NCBI GenBank assembly: GCA_964578365.1
Contig: CAZOCS010000002.1
Coordinates: 1 to 54,865, forward strand
Reading direction: 5' to 3'
DNA from: an uncultured Candidatus Cloacimonadota bacterium
Lineage (GTDB): Bacteria; Cloacimonadota; Cloacimonadia; Cloacimonadales; TCS61
Length of the DNA: 54,865 nucleotides
Shown here piece after piece: positions 35,684 to 45,827 of the stretch (positions are counted from its first letter, which is position 1; each line of letters begins with the position of its first letter). Below the pieces are notes generated by a model. It had not been told where the DNA came from. It saw only the letters and a list, made by a program, of their open reading frames with translations, and ran no database searches. The translations under genes and the position numbers were made by a program.

Positions 35684-36597
35684 CTAACCTTTTTTCTTTT
35701 ATAGCTAATTTCTACGACTGCCAGGATCATTATTGCTGCACTGATCCACTGTACTGGTGAAAGTATATGATGATTAATAAAATAATCAAAAATTATTGCT
35801 GAGATTGGAAAGAACAGCTCGCAGATCGTAGAGACAATGGCTTTCACTTTATTCAGCCCATAATAAAATAGGAATATCGCTCCTGATCCTGTGGTTACTG
35901 CAATAATAAGAAAGAATATCCAGTTTGTAGGTGTAACATTTTGGAACTCACCTAGTTGCCCTATGATCAATATATAGATCAACATGAAAAGAGTTGTAAA
36001 ACCAAATCGGAAAAAGTTAGTTGTGTAATAGGGTAATCTTGTTAGAGCTTGTTTGCCTAGAACAGTAGCGCTTCCAAATGAGAATGCTGCTACAAGAGCC
36101 CAAAGAGCTGCTTGGATCAAAGGTGCATCTTCACTCATATTTGGCTTTTTGAATCCGAAGGTTAGAAAATAACTAGCGATAATTGCCAGTAATCCCCAAA
36201 AGATAAATCTCGGCTTAATTTTTTCTTTCAGGAAGATCGCTGCTAAGGTAATTGCAAAAATTGGCTGAAGTTTTTGAAGCAATACAATTACCGAAAGATG
36301 ATCAAAATGAACCAGGAATAAAGCTTTAACAATTGCTAATGTTCCAAGAGCTCCTCCGAAAAAAGCAATTCCACCCAGAAGTAGAAAATCTGCTTTTGTA
36401 AACTGTTTTAGCCTTTTATATTCTTTGAAGAGAAATGTATTCATTAATACAAATGGTACGAAATGAAGCATGAAAACTACAAATCCGACATTTAGATTAT
36501 ATAGACGTGGAGTTAAAACCACACCATCAAAACCCCACATAGTTGCCGCCAGTATTATCGCTGTGGCTCCGATATATCTTTTTTTAATTTCTTCCAT
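35680..36597 (-). CDS. EamA/DMT-family transporter
   Basis: 305 aa with about 10 TM helices in two similar halves. Stop overlaps the next gene's start. Confidence 0.7.
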   Translation of the reverse strand: MEEIKKRYIGATAIILAATMWGFDGVVLTPRLYNLNVGFVVFMLHFVPFVLMNTFLFKEYKRLKQFTKADFLLLGGIAFFGGALGTLAIVKALFLVHFDHLSVIVLLQKLQPIFAITLAAIFLKEKIKPRFIFWGLLAIIASYFLTFGFKKPNMSEDAPLIQAALWALVAAFSFGSATVLGKQALTRLPYYTTNFFRFGFTTLFMLIYILIIGQLGEFQNVTPTNWIFFLIIAVTTGSGAIFLFYYGLNKVKAIVSTICELFFPISAIIFDYFINHHILSPVQWISAAIMILAVVEISYKRKKVR

Positions 36598-36672
36598 TTT
36601 TTATTCCCTTAATTTTGTTGGTCTCTACATTGATCTGACTCTCTACTAACTCACATTTTTTTTCACCGTAAG

Positions 36673-37800
36673 TCATGTCTTACTGATCTTATAAATAATA
36701 TTCCTATCTTCCTGATAAGCCAGCATTTTTTTTAGGCAATCATTTTTGGCTCCCAGAAATTCAGGAGGGAACAGCCCCTTTTCTTGATAATCACCATTTA
36801 GAACAAGCTCAACAGCAGATGTACAGGAGTAACCAGTTGTTCGAGCCATAGATGACGTATGAGTTTCTTCATCAAATTTGTCAAAAAGTTCATAAATGTA
36901 TTTCACCTCTTTATTGTTCTCAATACCGGAAATGATTATTTTCATAACAGTGAATTCTGGTTCATCATCTTCCAGTTTCCATTTTGAGATCAGCAGTTTG
37001 GATGTAAGATCGATCGGACGAACCTGCTTTCCATTAATTTCTACTTCTTCAGTTTGGAAGAATCCGTAATCCTTCAGTAGTTTAATTTGATCAATATAAC
37101 CCGGATACCGAAGAGTCTTCTCTTTCATGTTGGGAATTTTCATTGTTTTGATAAGTGAGCGTAAGCCATCAGTATTAAATGCTTCCAGAGTTCCAACATC
37201 TTCGAACTCGATCAACTCAGTATCAGATAACGCAGGTTTGATAACTATCTTACCATTTTCTACAAATTGCGCAGGTCGGATATATTCTTCAATTACATCT
37301 ATAGGTGAAAATGGTGCTTTATATTGGAAAGGAAGAGTTCTTTTTAAAGGAAGTCCACCCACATAAAATTCAAAATTCTCAACAGTCATTATTGTGTTAT
37401 GATAACCCAGAATAACATTACTCATTCCAGGTGCAACACCGCAATCCATTATGGCGGTAATGTTATGTTTTTTTGCCAGGGCATCAAGCTGCAGGGCATC
37501 TTCCGGGAAGAAAGCAATATCAACCACATCTTTACCCGATTCTATTATCGTCTTCAATGTTTCAAATCCCATAAACCCGGGAACAGCGCTCACGACAAGA
37601 TCAGAATCTTTTATTATATTCTTAACATTTTCTTTGTTAGAAAGGTCAGTCTTTATTGTATCAATATTATCAAATTTTTCCAGTTTTGTTAAACTTTCAT
37701 CACAAATATCTGCTGCAATAATATTGTGCTTTATAGATAGATCTATGGCAATTGCTCTTCCCACCATTCCTGCACCGAGAACAACTATTTTATTCTTCAT
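36673..37800 (-). CDS. Saccharopine dehydrogenase-family NAD(P) oxidoreductase (short form)
   Basis: 375 aa. KIVVLGAGMVGRAIAIDL Rossmann fold, DCGVAPGMSN. Confidence 0.65.
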   Translation of the reverse strand: MKNKIVVLGAGMVGRAIAIDLSIKHNIIAADICDESLTKLEKFDNIDTIKTDLSNKENVKNIIKDSDLVVSAVPGFMGFETLKTIIESGKDVVDIAFFPEDALQLDALAKKHNITAIMDCGVAPGMSNVILGYHNTIMTVENFEFYVGGLPLKRTLPFQYKAPFSPIDVIEEYIRPAQFVENGKIVIKPALSDTELIEFEDVGTLEAFNTDGLRSLIKTMKIPNMKEKTLRYPGYIDQIKLLKDYGFFQTEEVEINGKQVRPIDLTSKLLISKWKLEDDEPEFTVMKIIISGIENNKEVKYIYELFDKFDEETHTSSMARTTGYSCTSAVELVLNGDYQEKGLFPPEFLGAKNDCLKKMLAYQEDRNIIYKISKT

Positions 37801-37842
37801 TTTTCTCCAATTCTTTCTTTAAAATTATTTGTGTTAAAAAAC

Positions 37843-40071
37843 CTAGATCATCTCACCAGCAAATTCTTCACCATTACGTACAAAAATTGTTGTTTTTAGT
37901 CCATCAGAAAGCTCTTTCAATCTTGATAAATAATCTTTTTCTTCACCCTCAAGTGGAAGCTTAAGTCCCATAAATACAAGATTGGCATTTCTGCTATATT
38001 CATGAATGATTTCGGTAATAGATTTATCCTGAGGTTTTATTATTATTTGTGGTTCGGCTTTGATGCGTACTTCATCGATCATGTCTTGCACATTTTCCAT
38101 CATGAATTCACGATCTTCTTCTCTCAGGATAATTGTATGAATTATGATCTTAGCATTTTTCCATTCATCGTTTAGGCTGAGTAGATGAGCAAGCAGAAGC
38201 ATTAGATCACCATTGCTATGTTTACCACGCCACCAGATATCCATTCTATCCCGACCTGTTTTTTCAGTTAATTCATTCATTCGAACTAATAATGAACTTT
38301 TTTGCAATCCGGTAATTGTTCTGATAGTTTTAAGCATGGAGATCATTCTTTTCTTTTTATCTGACCAGCCAAACATGATCGTATTTGAGTTAAGCCCAGC
38401 AATACCATTAGCCTGTGTAATATTAATAGTTCCACTTTCAAACTGAGAAACAACATTTACTTCATTGAAGGCAAGTATTCCTGCTTGTTCCAATGTTTCG
38501 TCCATCTTTTCAGTTTCTCTTTTAATGTCGATCTCATTTTTCTTTAGATTACCGATTATCATGTTGCATACAGTTAATATTCCACGACGTTGATTAAAGA
38601 AATTTGCTAATTGAACCAGCGATAAACGTTTCTTCACATCACCTGCAAAAACCAGTATATTAGGTCTCCAGTTGCGAGGATCATTCTCATGCTTTCTTAA
38701 ATTCAAAAGGGCAAACCGAGCCAAAGTGCCCCAAAATCCTGCTCTCACGTCTCCCCATTCCTTCCGCATTGAACGCTTTCGTAAGATCCAGAATAAAATA
38801 ATTTCAAATGCAATTGCCAAAATACAAGCTATAGGGCTTATTAGAAACATTACAGCGATTGCTCCGAATGAACCAAGCAATGAGACAAACCAGGGAACTT
38901 TTACTTTTGGGCGGTATGATGCATCCCCGGTAAGATTTTCGATAGCTGCGCTGAAATTTATCATAACATAAAGAGTGAGGAACAAAATAGTAACAAATTC
39001 AGCAACTGTATTCAAATCTCCAAGACCAACAGCTACAAGAGCAATTGTGCCACTTATCCAGGTAGAAATAGTAGGTTGCCCCGTTTTGGAAAGCTTTGCC
39101 AGGAAAGAAGGAGCCAGTTTGTCCTGAGCGAGTGACTGCAAAACTCTGGGACCACCCAAAACACTACCAAAAGCAGATGATAAGATCGCTCCAAAAATAC
39201 CGGGAATAACCAGTAATGCTCCTAAGAAGGCTATTTTACCCCAGGTTTCAACTCCGGTAGAAGCAAATTCTTGCGGACTCATTTTGGCAGTAAAAGCTAA
39301 TACAACAGGAATGAATAGATAAACTAGCATCCCTGTAGAGACAGCTAATAAAGTTCCTTTGGGAATTGATTTGCGGGGATCTTTTAAATCTCCACTCATT
39401 CCTATTCCGGCTGTAAATCCTGTGACGGCAGGAAAAAAAACTGCAAAAACATACCAGAAACCCTTGGGAGCCGTACGGAATGTTGCAGTCATTTCAGGAC
39501 TATGAGTTTCTCCAAGAAGCACACCAGCCAGAAGTGCTATAATGGATAATCCAACAGCTATCATAATTGGAATTTGCAGCCTTAGTACAAGTGAAGCGCT
39601 TTTACCTGACAGAATGGTTATCCCCACAATGATGACTGCAGTAATTAATTGTATCATGTGAGCTGGAATGATCCCTAATGAAGCAGGCCAGAACATCATA
39701 ATAGCTTCTGCCAGACCGAAACTGTAAAAGGTGATGCTGAGTGTTCTGCACAAATACAATGGAATTCCAATTGCTCCACCCAACTCTAAACCTAAACTGC
39801 GGGAGATCATAAAGTACTCTCCACCTACGCCAACGCGCATATTAGTTGCAATTGCTGAAGCACTGAGTGTAGTGATAAAAGTGATAGAACTGGCTAAAAC
39901 TACTATGAGTAATGTAAAACCAAGTCCTACATTTCCTAGAACCCAGCCAAACCTGAGATACATGATAAGACCAAGAATTGTGAGAACGCTGGGAGTGTAC
40001 ACACCCAGGAATGTGCCAAATTTCTCTACAACTAGATTACTATTTTCACCAACATTAATTTCATTTTTCAT
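37843..40071 (-). CDS. APC-superfamily permease resembling cation-chloride cotransporters (SLC12-like), with a large cytoplasmic C-terminal domain
   Basis: 742 aa. About 12 TM helices in the first ~450 aa (FGTFLGVYTPSVLTILGLIMYLRFGWV), then a ~290-aa soluble domain. Confidence 0.6.
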   Translation of the reverse strand: MKNEINVGENSNLVVEKFGTFLGVYTPSVLTILGLIMYLRFGWVLGNVGLGFTLLIVVLASSITFITTLSASAIATNMRVGVGGEYFMISRSLGLELGGAIGIPLYLCRTLSITFYSFGLAEAIMMFWPASLGIIPAHMIQLITAVIIVGITILSGKSASLVLRLQIPIMIAVGLSIIALLAGVLLGETHSPEMTATFRTAPKGFWYVFAVFFPAVTGFTAGIGMSGDLKDPRKSIPKGTLLAVSTGMLVYLFIPVVLAFTAKMSPQEFASTGVETWGKIAFLGALLVIPGIFGAILSSAFGSVLGGPRVLQSLAQDKLAPSFLAKLSKTGQPTISTWISGTIALVAVGLGDLNTVAEFVTILFLTLYVMINFSAAIENLTGDASYRPKVKVPWFVSLLGSFGAIAVMFLISPIACILAIAFEIILFWILRKRSMRKEWGDVRAGFWGTLARFALLNLRKHENDPRNWRPNILVFAGDVKKRLSLVQLANFFNQRRGILTVCNMIIGNLKKNEIDIKRETEKMDETLEQAGILAFNEVNVVSQFESGTINITQANGIAGLNSNTIMFGWSDKKKRMISMLKTIRTITGLQKSSLLVRMNELTEKTGRDRMDIWWRGKHSNGDLMLLLAHLLSLNDEWKNAKIIIHTIILREEDREFMMENVQDMIDEVRIKAEPQIIIKPQDKSITEIIHEYSRNANLVFMGLKLPLEGEEKDYLSRLKELSDGLKTTIFVRNGEEFAGEMI

Positions 40072-40126
40072 TGATGCCTTAAATAATGGTTAAAGATATT
40101 TGTGTCAAATTAAAGTGGGCTCGTTC

Positions 40127-40166
40127 GGAAAAAATAAGACGGCTTCCACATAAAGTATGGAAGCCG
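40127..40166 (-). terminator. Rho-independent terminator after the thiolase gene
   Basis: On the - strand: CGGCTTCCA-TACTTTATG-TGGAAGCCG followed by TCTTATTTTTTCC. Confidence 0.8.
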
Positions 40167-40193
40167 CAACAATTTATTATTGTTTGTAAGGGT

Positions 40194-41396
40194 TTAAACC
40201 TTCTCGAGTACAACCGCAATACCCTGTCCAACACCAATGCACATTGTACAAAGTGCCATTTTTAAATCTGATCGCTGCATTTGATAAAACGCTGTAGTAA
40301 TCAATCTTGCCCCGCTCATTCCAAGTGGATGTCCAAGTGCTATTGCACCACCAAGAGGATTTATTCGGGGATCGTTATCCGAAAGACCAAATTCACGAGA
40401 ACAAGCTAATGATTGTGAAGCAAAAGCTTCATTAAGTTCTATAATGTCCAAATCATCAAATGTAAGATCTAAACGTTTAAGCAGTTTATTAGTAGCCGGA
40501 ACCGGCCCTATTCCCATAATACGAGGCGGAACGCCTGCTGTTTCCATTCCAAGAATTTTAACTTTTGGAGTTAATCCATATTTCTTCACAGCATTTTCAG
40601 ATGCTATAATTAAAGCTGCAGCACCATCGTTAATACCGGAAGCATTACCAGCTGTAATTGATCCGTGTTCACCGGAAATAACTCTTAAAGATGCTAATTT
40701 TTCTAGTGATGTAAGTCTGAGATGCTCATCTTTATTAACCGTTAACGGATCACCTTTACGCTGAGGAATAGTAACCGGAATTATTTCATCATCAAACATT
40801 CCACTATTTTGAGCATCAAGAGCCTTTTGCTGGCTCCAATGAGCAAATTTATCTTGGTCTTCACGACTGATTTCAAATTCTTTTGCTATGTTTTCCGCAG
40901 TCATGATCAATGGATCGGTACCAAATTTTTTATTAAAGATCTTATTAATGAAACGCCACCCAATTGTAGTGTCGTGTACTTCCGGAGCTCTTGAGAAAGC
41001 CTTTAGTGGTTTTCCCATAACATATGGAGCGCGTGACATACTTTCTACTCCTCCGGCAATGATCAACTCCGCTTCACCAGCTTTAATGGCTCTTGCAGCA
41101 GTACCGACAGCATCCATTCCCGAACCGCAAAGTCTGTTTATTGTAGATCCTGGAATAGTTTCTGAAAACCCAGCTAGTAAGGAAGCCATTCTAGCAACAT
41201 TACGATTATCTTCACCTGCCTGGTTAGCACATCCCATAAGGATGTCATCTACAGCAAGCCAGTCAATATCAGGATTTCTTTTTACAAGTTCCCTTAAAGG
41301 GATCGCTGCCAGGTCATCAGGTCGGATTGATGAAAGGCCGCCACCATATCGTCCTACAGGAGTTCTTATTGCATCACAAATAAATACTTCAGTCAT
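40194..41396 (-). CDS. Acetyl-CoA C-acetyltransferase / 3-ketoacyl-CoA thiolase
   Basis: 400 aa. VFICDAIRTPVGRYGG, active-site NRLCGSGMDA, GNASGINDGAAA, CIGVGQGIA. Confidence 0.9.
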   Translation of the reverse strand: MTEVFICDAIRTPVGRYGGGLSSIRPDDLAAIPLRELVKRNPDIDWLAVDDILMGCANQAGEDNRNVARMASLLAGFSETIPGSTINRLCGSGMDAVGTAARAIKAGEAELIIAGGVESMSRAPYVMGKPLKAFSRAPEVHDTTIGWRFINKIFNKKFGTDPLIMTAENIAKEFEISREDQDKFAHWSQQKALDAQNSGMFDDEIIPVTIPQRKGDPLTVNKDEHLRLTSLEKLASLRVISGEHGSITAGNASGINDGAAALIIASENAVKKYGLTPKVKILGMETAGVPPRIMGIGPVPATNKLLKRLDLTFDDLDIIELNEAFASQSLACSREFGLSDNDPRINPLGGAIALGHPLGMSGARLITTAFYQMQRSDLKMALCTMCIGVGQGIAVVLEKV

Positions 41397-41426
41397 ATTT
41401 TTTACCTCATATCAATTATTTTTATT

Positions 41427-42767
41427 TTAGAGTTCGGGTTTAATAAATTTAAAACCATTAAGCATTGCTCTGGTGAGTATATCAACTTCCTTCTGTGTGA
41501 TAGCAGTTGAAAACATGCAGGTACAAGTGTTAACCATCATTATTTTTTCATCAATAAAAAGATAATCGAGTAATTTTTTTATTAAGAGCGATGTTTCTTT
41601 TGTTTGGAACGCTTCGCGGTAAGTGGTTGGTGGTGTTTCCGTTAGGTGAATGCGGAACATTGAGCCAGCACCGGTAATTGAAACAGGAACATCGGCAATT
41701 TTAATTGCTTCTCTAATTTGACTAATTGCTCTCTGGGTTAAGGCATTTAAATCTAAAACGGCTTGTTCATCAAATAATTCCATAGCAACGCGTCCTGCCG
41801 TCATTGTTATTGGGTTGGCAGAAAAAGTACCTGAATGTGGAAATAGAAGTTTACTTTCGCTTGGATCGAGTACTTTCATAATATCTGCTCTACCGGCAAG
41901 AGCACCAACCGGGAAACCACCGCCTATCATTTTTCCCAAGGCAGTAAGATCTGGTTTTACGGGATAGTTTTCTTGTGTACCGCTGTAATTTACGCGTAAT
42001 GTAACAACTTCATCGAATACAAGCAAAGCACCATTTTTACGGGTCCATTTGTATAAGGCTTCAATAAAATCTGTATTTGCTTTAATAAGCCCTACTCGAT
42101 GCGGGACAGGATCAATTAAAACGCATGCTATATCTTCAGCATGCTGATCTAAAATGGAAATAGTTCTTTCGATATCATTAAAAGGAAATATTATCACATC
42201 ATCTAGAACGCCTTGAGGAGTACCATTTGCAAGGGGAACACTATTGGGTTTATCTAAATCTCCCCAATTTGATGGATTGGCTTTTTGGCTAATCTCTGCA
42301 AAGTCGTAAGTGCCATGATAAGCTCCTTCGGCTTTGGCGATTTTAGGTTTGCCAGTATAGGCTCTTGAAGCCTTGATCATAGTCATTACAGCCTCAGTTC
42401 CAGAATTAACAAAACGTATCTTATCAAATCCCGGAACTCTAGCACACAATAGTTGTGCAAAAGCAACTTCAACTTCGGTAGCCATTGTGTAAGCTGTTCC
42501 TTTCTGTAATTGTTCAGTAACTGCATTCACTATCTGAGGATTTGCATGACCATGGATCAATGAAGCCATATTATTTGCAAAGTCTATACGCTGAATGCCA
42601 TCGATATCATTTACATAACATCCGGAAGCTTTTGAAACATAATATGGATGTGGTTTACGAAAAATTGTATTTCTGCTCACACCACCGGGAAGTACATTGC
42701 AAGCTTGCTTATATATCTCTTCGCTTGTATGTGTCTTCCCTTTTGAATCTATGTTTTTAATAGTCAT
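41427..42767 (-). CDS. Class III PLP aminotransferase, glutamate-1-semialdehyde 2,1-aminomutase (HemL)-like
   Basis: 446 aa. LPGGVSRN, VNSGTEAVM, FDEVVTLR, PLP-lysine motif LGKMIGGGFPVGA. Confidence 0.8.
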   Translation of the reverse strand: MTIKNIDSKGKTHTSEEIYKQACNVLPGGVSRNTIFRKPHPYYVSKASGCYVNDIDGIQRIDFANNMASLIHGHANPQIVNAVTEQLQKGTAYTMATEVEVAFAQLLCARVPGFDKIRFVNSGTEAVMTMIKASRAYTGKPKIAKAEGAYHGTYDFAEISQKANPSNWGDLDKPNSVPLANGTPQGVLDDVIIFPFNDIERTISILDQHAEDIACVLIDPVPHRVGLIKANTDFIEALYKWTRKNGALLVFDEVVTLRVNYSGTQENYPVKPDLTALGKMIGGGFPVGALAGRADIMKVLDPSESKLLFPHSGTFSANPITMTAGRVAMELFDEQAVLDLNALTQRAISQIREAIKIADVPVSITGAGSMFRIHLTETPPTTYREAFQTKETSLLIKKLLDYLFIDEKIMMVNTCTCMFSTAITQKEVDILTRAMLNGFKFIKPEL

Positions 42768-42794
42768 AATATTAATTGATCCTCCAAAAATCAG

Positions 42795-43466
42795 CTAATA
42801 ATATTTAGCATAATACTGATTCAGTTTTGCACCGGTATTTTGCTGTAAATATTCAAAAGTAACCTCAGGGGCAAGTTCTCTTACAAAAAGACCATTTTCA
42901 GTAATATCAAGTATAGCCAGATTAGTATAAATTCTATTAACGACACCTTTACCGGTGAGTGGATAAGTACATTTCTCAACTATTTTAGGATCACCTTTTT
43001 TGGTTAGATGCTGCGTGATAACAAATATTGTTTTAACTCCGGCAACCAGGTCCATCGCCCCACCTACAGCAGGTATTGTACCGGGCTTTCCGGTTGACCA
43101 ATTTGCCAGATCACCTTCTTCAGAAACCTGAAAAGCACCTAAAACACAAATATCAATATGACTGCCACGGATCATAGTAAAGCTGTCTGCATGATGGAAG
43201 AAACAAGCACCGGGAATGGCGGTTATACATTTTTTCCCGGCATTAATTAATTCGGGGTCTTCTTTGCCACTTTCAGGAACCTGGCCCATGCCAAGCAAAC
43301 CATTTTCTGTATGATAAATAACTTCTCTTCCCTCGGGCACAAAACCTGCAACTAATTCAGGCATACCTATCCCAAGATTAACATAAGAACCATCTGGAAT
43401 ATCAAATGCTGCCTTTTGTGCCATTTGATTTCTATCCCAACCAACTTTCTTTTCCGTTATTGGCAT
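42795..43466 (-). CDS. 3-oxoacid CoA-transferase subunit B
   Basis: 223 aa. YVNLGIGMP, HTENGLLG, IPAVGGAMDLV. Confidence 0.85.
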   Translation of the reverse strand: MPITEKKVGWDRNQMAQKAAFDIPDGSYVNLGIGMPELVAGFVPEGREVIYHTENGLLGMGQVPESGKEDPELINAGKKCITAIPGACFFHHADSFTMIRGSHIDICVLGAFQVSEEGDLANWSTGKPGTIPAVGGAMDLVAGVKTIFVITQHLTKKGDPKIVEKCTYPLTGKGVVNRIYTNLAILDITENGLFVRELAPEVTFEYLQQNTGAKLNQYYAKYY

Positions 43467-44173
43467 GGATACCTCCTGTCTTCAGCAACGAGTTTAGATT
43501 CAGCTTCGGGATTTGTAACTTCTACAACTTTTGTTACAAATAATCCTGGAGTTACAACGATCTCTGGATCGATCTTGCCAGGTTCAACTATTTTTTTTGC
43601 CTGAACAATAGTTGTATTGGCAGCAGTACACATAATAGGACCAAAATTTCTGGCAGTTTTATTATAAGTTAAATTCCCATATCTATCAGCAACGTTGCAT
43701 TTCACTAATGAAAAATCTGCCTTTATAGCATGTTCCATCACATAAGTTTTACCATCAAAAACACGAGCCTCTTTTCCTTCAGCCAGCGGAGTATTAACGG
43801 AGCTGGGTGTAAAGAAAGCAGGAATGCCTGCACCTCCTGCTCTTATCCGTTCTGCAAGTGTTCCTTGTGGAACAAGCTCAAGTTCTATTTCATTCTTATA
43901 ATACAAATCTGGGAAGACCGTGGAATTAGCAGTTCTAGGAAAGGAACAGACCATTTTCTTTACTTGCTTATTCTCAATAAGTGCAGCAAGCCCTACATGA
44001 CCGCTTCCCGTATTATTGCTAACAACGGTTAGATCTTTTGCACCGTGATCTATCAAAGCATGGATCAATTCAATAGGGCTGCCTGCTTCTCCGAATCCAC
44101 TGATCAATACAACAGCACCATCAAAAATATCTGCAACTGCTTCCGCTGTTGATTTTACAATCTTATTTATCAT
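43457..44173 (-). CDS. 3-oxoacid CoA-transferase subunit A
   Basis: 238 aa. DGAVVLISGFGEAGSPIELI, LVPQGTLAERIRAGGAGIPAFFT. Overlaps subunit B by 10 nt. Confidence 0.85.
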   Translation of the reverse strand: MINKIVKSTAEAVADIFDGAVVLISGFGEAGSPIELIHALIDHGAKDLTVVSNNTGSGHVGLAALIENKQVKKMVCSFPRTANSTVFPDLYYKNEIELELVPQGTLAERIRAGGAGIPAFFTPSSVNTPLAEGKEARVFDGKTYVMEHAIKADFSLVKCNVADRYGNLTYNKTARNFGPIMCTAANTTIVQAKKIVEPGKIDPEIVVTPGLFVTKVVEVTNPEAESKLVAEDRRYPCQ

Positions 44174-44203
44174 TGATTTATCTCCTTGAAATTAATTTAA
44201 TCA

Positions 44204-45811
44204 TTATTTTTTCAATCTTTTTTCTAAAATTTCTTGAAGAGAATTTTCTGTATTCTTCAAATCATCTTCGTAGAAATGCTTATCTGTATCAAATGGTTCA
44301 AGATTTGCAATTGTATTTTCTTTCTCATCATATTTTGCTAAGAAAACCTTGTCCATCCACTTCATGTTTCTAGCTTCATTAAATTTAAGAGCAAATGCAG
44401 TTTCACCGTTTACTTCAACTTCTCCCAGTAATGAGATCTTTCCGGCTGAAGAAGTCATTGTAATATATCTTGATGGACGGTTTATTGATGGTAAAGATCT
44501 GTAAACCTTACTGAAAACTTCATTAATATCTGCAACAGGTACAGTGAAATAATGGTGTTCACCGGTTGGACGGGCACAATACATAGAATGAAAACCGATC
44601 GACAGTATTGCTAGAATGTTTCCAAGGTCTATCCAGTTTTGAGCAGAACGATCAACATCAACTTTGCCATTTTCATCTGTAAATAAGCTGATATGATTCA
44701 TTATCGGGCTTTGGCTTTTAAGGACAACACCTGCTGCTCTAAGTCTGCGGATCGCTGCAATTGTGCTAATATTCAAGAGTTCTCTAGGGGTAGATATATG
44801 TGCCATCCATACAACCTGAAGTCCATTGTTGTTTAGTTTTTTTAACAGATCTAACATTTTATTATAATCACTGCTCAAGATCATTTCTGGAGCGAAAGTA
44901 AGTGCTCTGGTTCCTAGACGCAAGGTTCTAATATGCATAAGGGCAGGATCCTCAATTAACGGCAGGACATACTGTTCAAATCTCTCAAAACTCATTTTAC
45001 CCGCATCTCCACCGGTTATGAGCACATCAGTAATTTCGTTATGCAATGCTAAATAATCGTGAACCTGTTTAATCTCTCTTTGGATGAACATATCTTCATC
45101 ACCACGAACCTGAGCATGACGGAAACAGTAACTACAGAATGCAAAACAGCTTTGTGTTGTTTGATCAAAAAGAAGAATACATTGCGGATATTTATGCTGA
45201 CAACCATCAAGGATCTCCAATTCTCCATTTTCATTTTCGAACCAGGGTTTATTTAAAAGTTGTTTGCCATCGTGTGGATTTGTCATCTTCATATATTCTT
45301 TAATAATTGTATTTCTTTCAACATCAGTTTTTGCTTCAGTATATAATTTTACGGTTTCAGCTTGTATCATTTCCGGTTGTGGAAAAACAAGTTGAAAGAG
45401 AGAATCATCAGCGAAATTATCCCAATTTATTGTATTCAGAACATGCTTAGTAGCTAAAAAGCGGTAAACTTGAATAAAAAGTTCTCGTGCCTTTATATGC
45501 CCGATATCAATTCCATTTTTGTGCAAGACTTCAACAATTTCCCTAAAACCCTTTAACCCAGCATAATGCTCTTTACCAGTAAATAGAAACTTAGAAGATT
45601 CCATTATACCTGAATAGTTGGTGAAGCAAGAATGCAATCTTGATAACAAACCAGTAGGCAGAAGATCTTCTTTTTCGATGTTCACTTTAATATCATCAGA
45701 ATAATTGTATCGATCTATCATTTTTTTTACATCAGAAGTCTGAATATCTATTTTCTTAACAGAATTTCTTGCTTCAGGGTTCTCTTGAATTGTGTCTTGA
45801 ATTGTAGCCAT
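44204..45811 (-). CDS. KamA-family radical-SAM aminomutase (lysine 2,3-aminomutase-like) with a long N-terminal extension
   Basis: 535 aa. HKYPQCILLFDQTTQSCFAFCSYCFRH (CxxxCxxC cluster motif in KamA context). VLITGGDAG. About 190 aa precede the core. Confidence 0.7.
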   Translation of the reverse strand: MATIQDTIQENPEARNSVKKIDIQTSDVKKMIDRYNYSDDIKVNIEKEDLLPTGLLSRLHSCFTNYSGIMESSKFLFTGKEHYAGLKGFREIVEVLHKNGIDIGHIKARELFIQVYRFLATKHVLNTINWDNFADDSLFQLVFPQPEMIQAETVKLYTEAKTDVERNTIIKEYMKMTNPHDGKQLLNKPWFENENGELEILDGCQHKYPQCILLFDQTTQSCFAFCSYCFRHAQVRGDEDMFIQREIKQVHDYLALHNEITDVLITGGDAGKMSFERFEQYVLPLIEDPALMHIRTLRLGTRALTFAPEMILSSDYNKMLDLLKKLNNNGLQVVWMAHISTPRELLNISTIAAIRRLRAAGVVLKSQSPIMNHISLFTDENGKVDVDRSAQNWIDLGNILAILSIGFHSMYCARPTGEHHYFTVPVADINEVFSKVYRSLPSINRPSRYITMTSSAGKISLLGEVEVNGETAFALKFNEARNMKWMDKVFLAKYDEKENTIANLEPFDTDKHFYEDDLKNTENSLQEILEKRLKK

Positions 45812-45827
45812 AATTGCTCCTATATTA

